From Hypanus sabinus (Eukaryota): a stretch of 64,000 nt of DNA. A program made the position numbers and the translations under genes. The stretch covers positions 36,394,001 through 36,458,000 of the forward strand of contig NC_082707.1 of the NCBI RefSeq assembly GCF_030144855.1, read 5' to 3'. The notes beneath the pieces are model-generated. The model did not search any database. It saw only the letters and a list, made by a program, of their open reading frames with translations, and was not told the DNA's origin. Of the stretch, positions 31,972-45,099 are shown in pieces; the first letter of the stretch is position 1; each line of letters starts with the position of its first letter.

Positions 31972-34900
31972 TGATTCTGTTGGATGCTGTGTGATTAACC
32001 CGGAGCATTGAACCAGTGGGGTAGATATTTGACTTCCGATTGAATTGCTAATTCACCTGCTAAGTGCTGTTAAAGTGCCATTGTGGGTGGAGGTTTGATA
32101 AAATGGCGGGCGCAACTGTCGTTTTGATGCAGACCAGCACTAACATAATGGTAGCTGGGGGTGGAGGTATCAAAGACAGGGTTCTATCATTTCTGAAGAG
32201 TGAAGGGAAGGAGTGGTCAGATTTGGAATGCCTAATTAGTCCATGTCCCCTGGTGAAGAGTGAGAACTCTGAGGTAGTATTCGCCCTTACCCTCTCTGGC
32301 AAATAAATGGAAAAATCAGCAATGGTAGGCTCTGCCTATTTTCTAGAATAACGCCCACCCCTAAAGGGGAAGAGCAGTATGAGACTTGGGTGGAGCGGGC
32401 CTCTCAGCTGTCAGCTGCTCTGATGGAGTAAAGTGTCAGAGATTGCTTGAAAGTTTTAATGGGCGGCCGCTGACATTGTGAGAGCTGTCAGGTTAAAGTG
32501 TCCCATAGTGACAGCTGTCAATTATCTGCAAGTACCGGACAATGCTTTTGGCCCGACAGGAAGCCCAGAGGAGCTCGTGGTGGGGTTTCAGAACATGCGT
32601 CAGGAGAAGGGGGAGAAGCTTTCTGCTTTCAGTTTTAGGCTGAAGCTAAAGCACGGAGGGGGTCATTCAGGCCACTGAGGTGGATCAGTTAAGAGTGGAC
32701 CAGATAGCCAGGGGTGCCAAGTCCCAGGACCTGATCTCTTGGGGTCTCTGACAGTCTCATAAGATGCACCCTCTCAGTCTTTTGTTGAGCTGATCAGAGA
32801 AGTATGGGAAGAGGAGAACGCGTCGGAGGCATGGGAAGGCTCAGTCAGCAGGGTACAGTCCCTCGGTAGTAGTCCCCTGTGGTGACGGATAGCCTACCCC
32901 AGGATGCTGTAGAGGAGATTGTGGCAGAGTTGCAGAGTTGAGAAAGGAGATGTCTTGGCTGTTATCAGTGGGTGTGACCCTTCCCCTCCCCCCCCCACGT
33001 ATGATGGAGCTGATCCCCTAATGGAACAAACAATGTGGAGGGCTGCTGGCAGCAGGTGTCACGCCAGAAGGAGAGTGAGCCCCCGAGCACCTCAGCAGGG
33101 AGAGTCGCTGGGACCCAATGAGGGAACGGCTTGGTGTCTCTGGGGGAGCACGTTCCCAGCAATGTGCCAAGGAACCCCCAGAAGCAAAAGGCCCAACTCC
33201 TGAAGGCTTAGTGGGACCATGCAATGGATAGAGGGTCACAGGTCACGCTGTCATTTTACAACCTGTATCTGACGTGTTTACCATTGACACCATTCAGTGC
33301 ACTGGAGATCTGGGGTCTTAGTGCGGGTGATTATCCATACAACGGTTATTTGTCAGTGAAACAGGAGTTTTCGGAGGCCGATGTAGGAATGGCTGAAGTC
33401 CTTGATATGTTGGTGCTGGTTTGTCCGGACCCCATCGAGAAGGGTGGTGTTTCAGCCCTGGTGGGGACCAACACCCCTCTGGTGGGGAGACTCATGGGAC
33501 CTGTAAGGAGAAGGCTGGGGAGAGTTTTCTGGGAACATTGTCCGTGCACCCATGTGTTTTGATCTGCTTTTGAGGAAGTGTGTGGCTGCATTGGGCCAGA
33601 TACCGCATTTAGACGAGGGACTGTGTGGTTCACCCAGTCAATGCCAATGGTGGTATGGCCCGGGGAAGTAGCGAGAGTGATTTCCCGCGGAGTGCCTGAG
33701 GGCGAGGTCCTCTTAGTGGACACTCCAGAAGACCACGAGGGGGAGTCGGGATTTCCTGCTGGGGTACTGGTGAGGCCCAAATTGCAGAAGCCCTCAGTTG
33801 TACAGGCGAGCAGGATGGCAGTGATTGTCAGGAACACTACGAAGAGGGAGGTCATCTTCAAGCGGGAGATGCCCCTGGAATATCTGTTCCTGGAGACGGT
33901 GATGTCTAGTGTCCCTGTGAGACAAGCCGGGGGGAAACTATTGGAAAAAGGGGGAAAGTTGACTGCTGAGTCATTCAACTTCGGGGACTCCCTGGTTCCT
34001 GCGGGTTGGAAGAAGAGGCTGCTGAAGTTGCTGGGCCACCTGAAAGTGAAGGGTTAAAACTTTCCCTGGAACAAGTGTCAGTTCTGCCAAACATCTGTTA
34101 GCTATGTTGGGCACATAGTCTCATAGTTTGGAGTAGTTACAGATCCTGCTAAGATAGAGGCGGTTACCACTTGGCCAAGACCTCAGACTGTGAGCGCTCT
34201 GCGCTGATTCCTCGGGTTCTGTGGTTACTATCAGAGGTTTGTGAAGGGTTACACAGAAGCGAGTCACCTGATGAATCAGCTTCTGTGTGGTTACCCTGCC
34301 TTGGGGAAGAAAGGGAGGGGGAAAATAGGAGAGGAGGGTAGAGAGTATCTTAGCCCATTGGAGCCCTTTGGACTGAGGTGAGATTTAAAATGTGAGGAGT
34401 CGCTGAAGGAGCTGCTGACCCAGGTGCCTGAGCCGGATTTTGCGAACCCGATTGCCATATGTAATGCATACGGATGCCAGCCGAGAGGGCTTAGGGGGCA
34501 TCCTGTATCAGGATCAGGGCACTGGGTTGAGACCCGTTGCATTTGTCAGCCAGAGTCTGACACCCTCCAAGAAAAACTATCCCACGCACAAGTTAGAGTT
34601 TCTGGTGTTGAAATGGGCTGTGGTGGATAAGCTGAGTGATAGCTATATGGCACCAAGTTAGTGGTGAGGATGAACAACAATCCCCTAACTTATATCCTGA
34701 CCTTGGCGAAACTGGATGCCACAGGCCATCGGTGGTTGGCGGCATTGTCTGCCAATGATTTCAGCCTGAAGTATGGCTGGGAAGCAGGAACATTAGTGCT
34801 GATGCTTTGTCATGACGGATGGTCAGGCGCATGTGGGACTGGTCAGGGATTAGGAGTGGGGAAGCGTTCCTGCCCCAGGGGTGAAGGACATTTGTCAGTT

Positions 34901-35269
34901 TGTCATCACCGTGAAGGCAGAGGGAAAGGAGGGACAGGATTGAGCAGTGAATCAACTGGGAGCTTCTGATGACACCATTCCCCAAGTTTACTGTAACCTG
35001 ACAGCTCCGAAGACAAATCAGTTGCCGGAATTGAGTCCTGGGGAAATGGCAGCTGCTCAGCGAGATGACCCGGGCATTGGCACCATTTGGGCGGTGGTCG
35101 AAATGGGAGACTTGGCTCAGGCGGAGAAGACGAAACATGCATCAGTGCCTCCATTACTGCGAGAATGGCCTCGGTTGGGGTTGAAGAACCAGATCTTACA
35201 CCGTCACCTTCAGACCGACCTCAGCGTTGCCAGCTGGTTCTGCCCGAGAAGTTTCGGAGGATTACACTG

Positions 35270-35863
35270 AAGTCACTTCATGACGATTCTGGACATTTGG
35301 AGGTTGAAAAGAACTGTAGATTGCTCAGAGATCGGTTCTACTGGCCCCAGATGAAATCAGCGGTCAAAGAATACTGCAAGTCATGCATTCGATGCATATG
35401 GCAGAAGACACTGCCTACGAGGGCAGCTCCCATGTCCCACTTGCAGAGGGTGGGGCCTCTAGACCTGGTGTGTATGGATTTCCTGTCCATAGAACCTGAT
35501 GCCAGCAACACAACGAATGCCTTAGTCATCACGGACCACTACACCAGATATGCTCAGGCTTTCCTTACCAAGGACCAGAGGGTGTCTATGGTGGCAAAAG
35601 TGTTATGGGAGAAGTATTTCATCTATTATGGGCTCCCCAGGCAGATACATAGTGATCAGGGACGGGATTTCGAGAGCAGACTCACCCATGAGTTACTGGG
35701 CATGCTTGGAGTCAAGAAGTTGAAGACCATATCCTATCATCTGCAGGGTGATCCCCAGCTAGAGAGGTTTAATCAGACCTTGCTTGACATGCTCGGGACC
35801 CCGGAAATTAGCAGGTGGAGTCGACATATTGGACATCTGGTTCACAGTTATAATTGTACATGA
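35270..35863 (+). pseudogene. Gypsy integrase HHCC and DDE core (stop at 35861-63)
   Basis: Part of ORF 35087-35863: HHCC zinc finger, D (CMDF), D (SDQG), E (LERFNQTL). Confidence 0.9.
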
Positions 35864-36872
35864 AACGAAGCTACTGGGTACTCGCCATATTATCTGATGT
35901 TTGGGCGCAAGGCGAGGTTGCCCATTGACCTTTGTTTTGGGACTGATGAGGGTGACTTACTACTGAAGCCTTATCTTAAGTATGTGTCTGATATGAGAAG
36001 AGAGCCAAAAAGGGCTTGTGAATTAGTTGGGGTCACGGCTGCCAAGCAGAAACAAGGAAAGAAGAGGAGGTATGATCAGAAGGTGAGGTTCTCCTAATTC
36101 CTGACGGGAGACCGAGTCCTCATAAGGAATTTATGGCTACCTGGGAAGCACAAGTTGGCTGACCACTGGGCGGCTACGCCCTATGTGGTGGAGAGTCAGA
36201 TACCAAACCTACCAGTTTTCCGGGTGAAACCAGAGGATGGGAATGGGCCTGTCAAGATTCTCCATCAGAACCACCGGCTGCCCCTGGGACAAGAGGTGCT
36301 GGCTGACCCAGAGTCTCACCTGCAGCCTACGCCTAGTAAGAGGACTCTGTGGAAGCGCGGGGTGACTGTAGGCGAGCAGTAGGGCCAACAGTAGGCGAGG
36401 TTAGGCTGGCTCCTACCCCTGAGAGGGATACTGATTCGGAGGATGAGGACCTGGATGTGTGCTATATGCGGCCTTTCACTAACTCCCCATTGATTGAGGA
36501 AGAGCCTCCTGGCCCTGGGTTATAGCAGGACTCTGCAGGGGAGGAAGCAGGCCTTGGTCATGGGACAGAGGGGTTCGAGTTGCAGGTGGGCACAAGTGAT
36601 AGGCCGGGGGAGGCCTCGCCAGGTAGACTGGAAGTATCCCCAGTAGTATCCAAACCTAAAGAGTTAGGTGAGGAGGTGCAGAGGTCTCAGAAAATTAGGA
36701 GACCATCGGATAGGCTAGACTATGTAACACCAGGGGAACAGAATGTGACCCCTACCGCTTTGGGGAGCTATGTCACTGCCTTTTACACCTGGATTGGACT
36801 TTGTGTTTTGCAGGAAGGGTTGGCGAATTATCTCAACGTCATGAGGACATTACTAAATTTGTGGGGGGAGAG

Positions 36873-37422
36873 TGTAACTCACTGTAAGGTTTCACTGCTA
36901 ATGTAATGGCTTCTTTGTGATGTTCCACTGCTAAGGTAATGGTTTCTCCGTAGCAGTAATGTTTGGGTTTTGACTAGAGATGACGGGGCATATTCGCCAA
37001 TCAGAGGGTTGTTGTTCTTTCTTGTGTGTCTGGGAGCTGGGAATGTGTGGTCTTTTGCCAGGGAGAGATGAGGAGAGAAGACGTGAATGGAGAGAGTTGG
37101 TAGACCGCCGGACTGAGCGGATTTGGAGCGAGGGTCCGAAGGGCAGCAACGATCGGAGGATGAACAGCCTTATCAGTGAGCTCCAACGTCGCGCATTAGA
37201 CTGTTTCATGAAATTGGGGCCTTTTCTTTTTTTGTTTCTTTACTAACCATATAGTCAAATTAAGAATTACAGTATAAAGCTCAAACGTTTAATCGCATAT
37301 TGTGTACTGTTTGTAACAGGGGACACATCGTGCAGCATCCACCCAAACGAGATTTCTTAAGTTTGGCTGGGGCGGGGGCTATCATCTGCTATATCAAGCC
37401 ACTAGCCAAACTGAGAGTTACA
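36873..37422 (+). repeat. 3' LTR (550 bp)
   Basis: TGTAAC...GTTACA terminal inverted ends, preceded by PPT GTGGGGGGAGAG. Confidence 0.88.
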
Positions 37423-38526
37423 ATTCAGAAGTGATAATAAATCTGATTGAGATTATGATATGGACCTTGCTAAACACTGAAGCAAGCAGTAAAGAATGTC
37501 CACTTGTAAGAAATTTGTAATGAAGCAATGAAAGATTTTCTCTTCTTGAAAATATAGTATTGAAAACAACTTCTGAGGTCTTCAAAGTTACAGTAGAAAT
37601 AGACCAAATGGATCAAACAACATTGAGATGAAAAGTTCAAAGAACAATACGGTGGCAGATGAATGTGGTGGAAAGTTGGCCCACAAAACTTACTGCCTTC
37701 TCCTTGCCACAGAGATATTTCTGAGAAGTTTGCCACTTCTGTGCTATATGTCATGCTTTGAAATATCATTTTGATTCAATAAGCTTTCTTTTCAGTTAGC
37801 TTTTACTTTGATCTGAGCGAGACAGTAGTGTGAGTCAGTCCCGGGAAGTCTGGGTGTAAAGGAGATGGCTGTACCCTTCCTCTGGCTGCCAAGTTAATTA
37901 TCACACGGGCATTGACAAGAGTGATAACTTCAAGATGGTGACATTGTGCCACCATGAATTTGACACCCATGTGGTCAGTCCTTCAGACTGATCCGGGCAA
38001 TGACATCATGGTTTCAATATTCCAAGGATTTGTTTAGTCATATTTCATATGGCAGCATTACTTCTGAATGCATGTTTCTGAAGTGTGGTTTGTGTAAGTG
38101 CTGTGAAACTTATTGACAGTGTATTGCCTTTATCATCCTGCAGTTACCCTTTAGTTGGTACCCTTAATTGTATTGGGCTCTGGTTGATAAGAACAAAAGA
38201 AGTGTCTGCTTTCATGCTGCAGATATTTCCAATATCACCCTGAAAATATTCTCTCTCCTGAAGCTTCCTCTTCCAGCAGTTTTCCACTCTGTTCTCCTCC
38301 ATTGAACCTCTCAGTTTTACTAGTATTCCGGTCTCTGCTTTTAATGCACAGAAGTCTAGTTGCAATGATGCTTTATTGCAGGTCCTTCCTGAAGGTTAAA
38401 CTGTGTTAGCTGGAGTGGGGAGCACCAAAGAAGCAGTGGTAATGCTAAACCTGCATTTTCCATGGTTCATCTGCACAATGTGCCTTTGCATACTCATAGC
38501 AATTATTAGCTGCACTCTTGCTAATA

Positions 38527-39374
38527 CAGGTTGAGCTCCCCTTATCCATAATTCAAAAATTAAAAACCTCCGATTCTTTTTGGAGCCTTGACAGGATGCC
38601 ACAAATGGGAATTGGACAACGCGCTGGGAAGGCTCCAAGCAATGCGCAGGTCTCTGCACACCACAGGCAGTTCTGAGAAGTGACCTCTCATATGTCATGA
38701 ACAGAAATGAATGAAAAATGGAAAAACGCTGCATAAAATGAAAATCCCAACATGTACTAAAAGAGTGGATTCATCAGCATTGGTGAGAACATATACCACT
38801 TAATGGTATGATGATCATGAAACAAGCAAAGATCTACCAAGGCAAACTGATAATTGAAGCTAATTGTGAACATTCAGCAGGCTGGTTTCAGAAATTTAAG
38901 AAAAGGCACAGCATTAATTTTAAAGGATTTGTGGTAATAAAGTATCTACTGATCATCAAGCAGCAGGAAATTCCTTGATATGATGCCAAGATTGTCACTG
39001 ATGAAAATCTAACATGCTGAATGTCTGTATTAATACATAAGTGCGAGCAACACGTGCAAGACAAAGACTGCTTACTGATAGAAAATAAATTCAGAGTCAG
39101 GAATAATACTGATGCCAAACAGCAACTAACTATTCACCTGGATATCTGAGGTAGTGATAGTTACTAAAAGTAATATATAAAACTACCTTCAGGGTATATG
39201 TATAAGCCGTGCATGTAAAGCATTTAGATTTGGTGTAACGAATTTCATGTTTAGACTTGGGTTTCATCCCCAAGGCATTTTTTTATACTGATACAAATAT
39301 TCCAAAATCCAAAAATAATCTGAAATCTGAAATACTTCGGCCTCAAGAATTTCAGATAAGCAGTGCTCAACCTA
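38527..39374 (+). mobile_element. Tigger4/Zombi-like pogo transposon, internally deleted
   Basis: TIR CAGGTTGAGC..CCTTATCC / GATAAG..CTCAACCT, TA flanks; decayed CENP-B HTH (PLNGMMIMKQAKIY..AGWFQKFKKRH). Confidence 0.85.
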
Positions 39375-40189
39375 TACCTCCATCGATAAAGAATGAAATG
39401 AGGCTCACACCGCAAATACACTCAATGGCAATCCTGAACTGAATCATCACCCATAGTACTAAAAATCTTTGCAGTAATTATGTTTAAAAGCATGCATATA
39501 AAATTGCAGACTTTTACACTTTGCTAAAGTGACCACAACTGACTCAATGGACTAACTATGAATCTAATTAGTGATAAGCAACATTTTAGCTGACATTGCA
39601 AATTGATTCTTTTTCTCTGCACCACAGTAGCCAACATGAACTAGCATATGATATTCTAAAAGCTCTTATCTCACATTTATTATCTTTATTGAGGCTAAAT
39701 AATCTTAGTAGAAAGGATAGCCAAGGGACTTACTGTTGTCATTTCTGAGAATTCCTCCAAGAAGACCATAATCTTGTTGTGGTTTGGAGGCTTACATGCC
39801 TCAATGATCTAGAGAGCTATGCTGGTTGGAGTCAGGACTTTATGCTTTGGCTCTTGGCTCTTGGTAGGGTCACCCATGCCAAATGGGTCAATGGGTAGAG
39901 GACGGAATAAGCATGGTCCCCTGTCCTCTGGGTTCAGGGGTTTAGCTCAAGGCTAACAACCCTGATAAGTAAGATAAAATTGTTACAGAAAGAGCAATGA
40001 AGAATCCTTCTGCAGTATTCCTTAGTCTCCACTGGGACTGCGTGACTGACATTAGTGAAAACCAAGAGGAAATTCCTGACACGCTGAAGGAAGCCCTGTA
40101 CACCACCAGAGATGGAGGACCTTCACTGCTGTTCCAGATGCCAGTGACATAACAGGCAATAAGTAGTTCTGTTTGAGTTTGATTATCGG

Positions 40190-40712
40190 GTTTGATGTGT
40201 GGTGGGAAGTGTGCCATTGGCTGCATTCTGGCCTGGCATGCAAACACTAATACCATTAAGTGGAAAATCCTACAAAAGGTAGTGGTTTCGGCCCAGTACA
40301 TCGCGAGTAAAACCCTCCCAGCCATTGAGCACATTTATATGAAACATTGCTGTAGAAAAGCAGCATCCAATATCAAACATTCTCACCACCCAGGCCATGC
40401 TCTTTTCTCGCTGCTGCCATCAGGTACAAGGCACAAGTGCCTCAGGATTCACACCACCAGGTTCAAGAACAGTTACTACCCCTCGACCATCAGATTCTTG
40501 AACAAAAGGGAATAACTACACTCATTTAAGGACACTTATTTTGTTATTTCATGCTTATTATTTATTACTATCTATTTATTTCTGCATTTTCACAGTTTGC
40601 TTACAGTTAATGTTCTATAGATTTGCTAAATATGCCCGCAGAAAAACATCTCAGGGTTGTATGTGGTGATCTGTATGTACTCTGATAATAAATTTTACTT
40701 TGAGCTTTAAAC
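40190..40712 (+). mobile_element. Rex1/Babar-type LINE 3' end
   Basis: ORF 40192-40515 (CCRKAASNIKHSHHPGHALFSLLPSG..RFKNSYYP); tail ATAAATTTTACTTTGA. Confidence 0.85.
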
Positions 40713-40763
40713 TTTGATTATCCCCAATAGAGTCCTGCAAGGTAATAAGAATTTTCATGAATT

Positions 40764-41625
40764 GTTTTTTTTATTTTCTTTCTTTTTACAATATTTTTAT
40801 TCAGAAGAAAAAAAAAACAAGATTTACAGAGTGCAACACATAGATACATCTCAACATAACTTGTGTACATTCATATATTATAATAAAATTGATCAAAATG
40901 TTATAGCATAACACATAAAGGTATACCACTCTGTAATCAAAAATTTAAAGATATCATACATAGTAAAAGAAATTTTTATATAAAAAAAGTCAACCCCCTT
41001 CCAACTACCAAAAAAAAAGCTGATGGATGACAATGGATAATTAGAAAAAAAACATATTCACTTAAGAAGAGAAGATAAAAATATACATAAAAGTCTGTGC
41101 ACTGTTAAACTTTATAAATTGGAAAAGTCATTTAGGAAAGGTCCCCAGATATCATAAAAAGATTGTTTCGAGTTTAAGACTGAGCAATGGATCTTTTCTA
41201 AGTTTAAATAAGACATAATATCACGTAGCCACTGAAGATGTGTAGGAGGGGTAGACTCCTTCCATTTAAGCAAGATTGCTCTTCTTGCTAAAAGAGAGGT
41301 AAAAACTAAAACCTGTAGGTTAGGAGTATTTAAAGTTATATCTTCATTTGCAATAATACCAAACAAGGCAGTACGGGGATTTGGGTCAAATTGGACCCTA
41401 AAAAGTTGTGAGAAGGTATGAAATACTTCCCGCCAAAACTTTTCAATTGTAGGGCAAAACCAAAACATATGAATTAAAGAGGCATCAGCAGAGTTGCATT
41501 TATTACAAAGTGGAGAAACATTCGGGTAAAAACTGGACAGCTTCTGTTTAGAAATGTAAGCTCCATGAACCACTTTAAATTGTAGAAGAGATTTTCTTAA
41601 TTACTAGACGAAGAAAAATTCCCAA
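40764..41625 (-). mobile_element. 5'-truncated L1 LINE
   Basis: ORF 41112-41573 (CNKC..HMFWFC..LARRAILLKWK..LEKI..IWGPFL); T-rich tail at ~40764. Confidence 0.88.
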
Positions 41626-43109
41626 TATCAGATTTGACAAGTCAGCTGGAGTTCTGGGGTAGTAACTAGTGAAGAACTGAAAACAAATCTGATTTCTTTT
41701 CAAAACTCCTGATACTGTTCAATTCTATTACTATTTTAAAAGATCCTTGCCACTTTTTATTAATATCGATTCCAGGATATTCCCTATTTCTGACCTTGAA
41801 ATAAAATTAAAACATTAATGCTGGGACCATGCAGCGCCTGTGGAAGGAGAAGCAGAGTAAATGTTCCATCAGAACTAGGAAAATGAGAACACATTTGTTG
41901 TAAGTTGAGGAGTGAGTGGGAATTGATAGTAAACTCTGTCACCAAAGCTGCCTGGATGATAGATATGATTGGGCTTCTGTTCAATGAAATGTCAGATCAC
42001 TATCCAATCAGAAACTAGGAACATGATTAAATAATTTACTAAATTTTCCTAACTTTAATTTAGCAAATCCATTCCTGCAATGATAAAGCCCCATGATGAG
42101 TTCTCCTGTTAAATAGAAAACATGTGCCTACTGGTGGCAAGAAAAAGGTATTAATTCTAAATCTAAGTACCCTTGTGATTCATGATTAGAGTAGTCACTG
42201 TGATAGTGTATTGAAGTAAGATACACCTTTAACATGAGAATTCAGGCATCACATGTAGGGAGCAGACTGGATGGGTGATACAATCAAACTGCACATTATT
42301 TGCTTTGGTCATAAGTTCCCAAGTATCTTCATTACTTCTCTTTTCAATCAGTATAAAATGCAACTTAAAATATTGTAAATCTTATTGCAAAAGTTAAGCC
42401 ACAAGAAAAAAAATCACCGAGTCCACAGATGCTGTTCGACCCTGAGTTCCTCCAGCAATCTGTTTAATGTTCCTCTTTGTCTTCTTTACCTCCACAGATG
42501 CTGCTTGAACTTTTGTGTTCTCTCAGCTTTCACTATGTCCCTGAACCCAGCGTCTATATGTTTTTCTCTTTGAGAACTTTTATATATAAAAAATTACAAA
42601 TCATTATCATACCTCAATGGAGTCAACCAAAATACTGGTCAACAGGGTAGAGATTTCTCTAAAAAGAAAAGTGCTAGAATGGCTTATGGAAAGGAATTCT
42701 GGAACCTAACATTATGGCAGATCAGTGGTGGAAAAAATATCATTAAAACTGTTCAGTAAGCTTTGACTGAAGGAGAATAGATATCTCAAAGGGTTATGAT
42801 TTGGGACAGATGCAACTATGCAGGGATGTGACAAAAGAAAGAGAACTTCAAGGTGCTGCATAACTGAAAGCCAGTGCAGGTATGAAAGCCCAAGGCTACT
42901 GAATAAATAGGACAACATGAATGTGGTCATAAATGACAGAATTTTAGATGATCTGAATTGGATGTTAAGGGAAATCAGCCAGGACCATGCAGCAGTGAAG
43001 TAGAAGGTCAAAAGACATGAACATGTCCAATAAGGAAAGTCAATTGAAAAACCTTTTCTTAGTAATACATGAGATATCTGGTCAAAAGCCCAGAGTGGCA
43101 TTATGTCAC

Positions 43110-44530
43110 ACCAGAGTTATAAATATGACATTGACATCAGAATGTCTTTCAAGAATGTGAACCTTCACAGGACAGCAGGCACTGATGGTGTACCTGTTGA
43201 GGCTCTGAATATATCTGCCAATCAAATAGCAGGAGTGTTCAAGAACATCGACAATCTCTCTCTGCTGCAGTCTGAAGTTCACACCTGCTTTAAAAGGAAT
43301 CACACCAGCACCCAAGAAGAGCAGGGTGAGCTGCCTCAATGAATATTCCCCAGTGGCATTCACATCTGCTGTAATGATGTGCTTTGAGAGGTTGGTCATG
43401 GCTAGAATCAGCTTCTGACTAAGCAAGGACCTGAACACACTGCAATTTACCTTTCATCACAATAGGTCTTCAGTGGATGCAATCTCACTGGCTCTCCACT
43501 CAGTCTTGGATCATCTGGACAAAAGCAATTTAATGCCAGGCTACTGTTTATTGACTACAGTTCAGCTTTCAACACAAACAGCCCCTCGGTTCTGATCAAC
43601 AAGCTCCAAACCTTGGGCCTCTGTACCTCCCTCTGAAACTGGATCCTTGACTTCCTCGCCAGGAGACCACAGTCTGTATGGATTGGAAATAACATGACCT
43701 CCTCACTGAGAATCAGCACTGGGATAGGTCACAGAGTGTGCTTAGTTCACTGCTCTACTCTTTCTACACATGTTTGTGTGGCTAGGCACAGCTCAAAGGC
43801 CACCTATAAGTTTGCCGATGACACAACTATTGTTGGAATTTCAGATGGTGATGAGGAGGTGTACAGAGATGAGACAGATCAGTTGGTTGAGTGGGTCACA
43901 GCAATAACCTTACACTCACTGTTAATAAGACCAAGGAATTGATTGTGGACTTCATGAAGGGGAAGTTGAAGGAACACATACTAGTCCTCATCGAGGGATC
44001 GGAAATAGAAAGGGTGAGCAGCTTAAGTTCCTGGGTGTCAGGATCTCTAAGGATCTATCCAGGGTGCAACATGTTGATGCAATTACAAAAAAGGCTATAT
44101 TTCATTAGGACTTTCAGAAGAATTGATATGGCAACAAAGACATCAGAAAATTTCTTCAGATGGAACTTGGAGAGCATTCTAGCTGGTTGTATCACTGTCT
44201 AGCATGGATGGACCACTGCACAGGATCAGAAAAACTTGCAAAAAGTTGTAAACCCTGCCAGCCCCACCATGGGCACTCGTCTCCCCGGCATCCAGGACAC
44301 CATCAAAAGATGATGCCTCGAAAAGGACCTCATCACCCAGGACATGCCCTCTTCTCCCTGTTACCATCAAGGAGGAGGTACAAGACCCTGAAACACACTC
44401 AACATTTTAGGAACAGCTTCTTCCCCTCTGCCAGCAGATTTCTGAATGGACAATGAACGAATGTTTTCTTTTTGCACTGCTGCTCCATATTTCATAACAT
44501 ATGCCAGTGATATTAAACCTAATCCTGATT
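43110..44530 (+). mobile_element. Rex1/Babar-type LINE, RT to 3' end
   Basis: KFADDTTIVG, VNKTKELIVDF, ESILAGCITV, HPGHALFSLLPS; frameshifted. Confidence 0.88.
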
Positions 44531-45099
44531 CCTATACAACCTCAAAAGTTACTAAGGAGAAGGATCAAGTCAGAGGTTATGGAATGGACTTCATCAAAGG
44601 CGGGGGTTCCCAACTATTTTTATGCCATGGACCAATAGCATTAAGCAAAGGGTCCATGGACCCCAGGTTGAAAACCCCTAACCTAAGGAACGAAAGACAA
44701 CAACTACAGTCATCCCAGTATTTACCTGAAGGAATCTTTTATTCAGCCAGTACTCAATGCCCGTCAATCCTCCCATCGATTATTCTATTGCCATCTGTAT
44801 TCAAGGTAATCTATGGTTCCAATGTACATCAAAACCTCCAATCTTTAAGATAAGGCAGAAACTGTAGCACTTCTGAGAAACCCACATGGTCTTAGGGCGG
44901 ATGTGCTGTTTTTAGCTCCTATACCGAAGTCAAAATGGAACAAAGTCATTGGAACAGCTGCCCTCACACAGCACTAAACTGCAACCTAGTGGCTCATTAC
45001 TGATCTTCATCTCCAGCACTACCTTTCAGTTCTTTAGCTTTATTCTAGTACTTTCAATGATTATTGATTAATCACTATTTTGAATAAGTTAAATGACTC

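Larger units (their letters stand above)
31935..37422 (+). mobile_element. Ty3/Gypsy LTR retrotransposon with PNMA-like gag; defective, 3' LTR only
   Basis: PBS; gag (GEEQYETWVERA, QNMRQEKGEKLSAF); RT C-terminus (CQFCQTSVSYVGHIVS, DPAKIEAV); RNase H (HTDAS..NYPTHKLEFL); integrase (HDDSGH..CKSCIRC, CMDFL, HSDQGRDFES); PPT; LTR. Confidence 0.93.

Noticed and set aside
33346-33978. 210-aa antisense ORF with a signal-like stretch (env-like?)
   Set aside because: Antisense shadow of Gypsy pol; no env motifs and wrong position.
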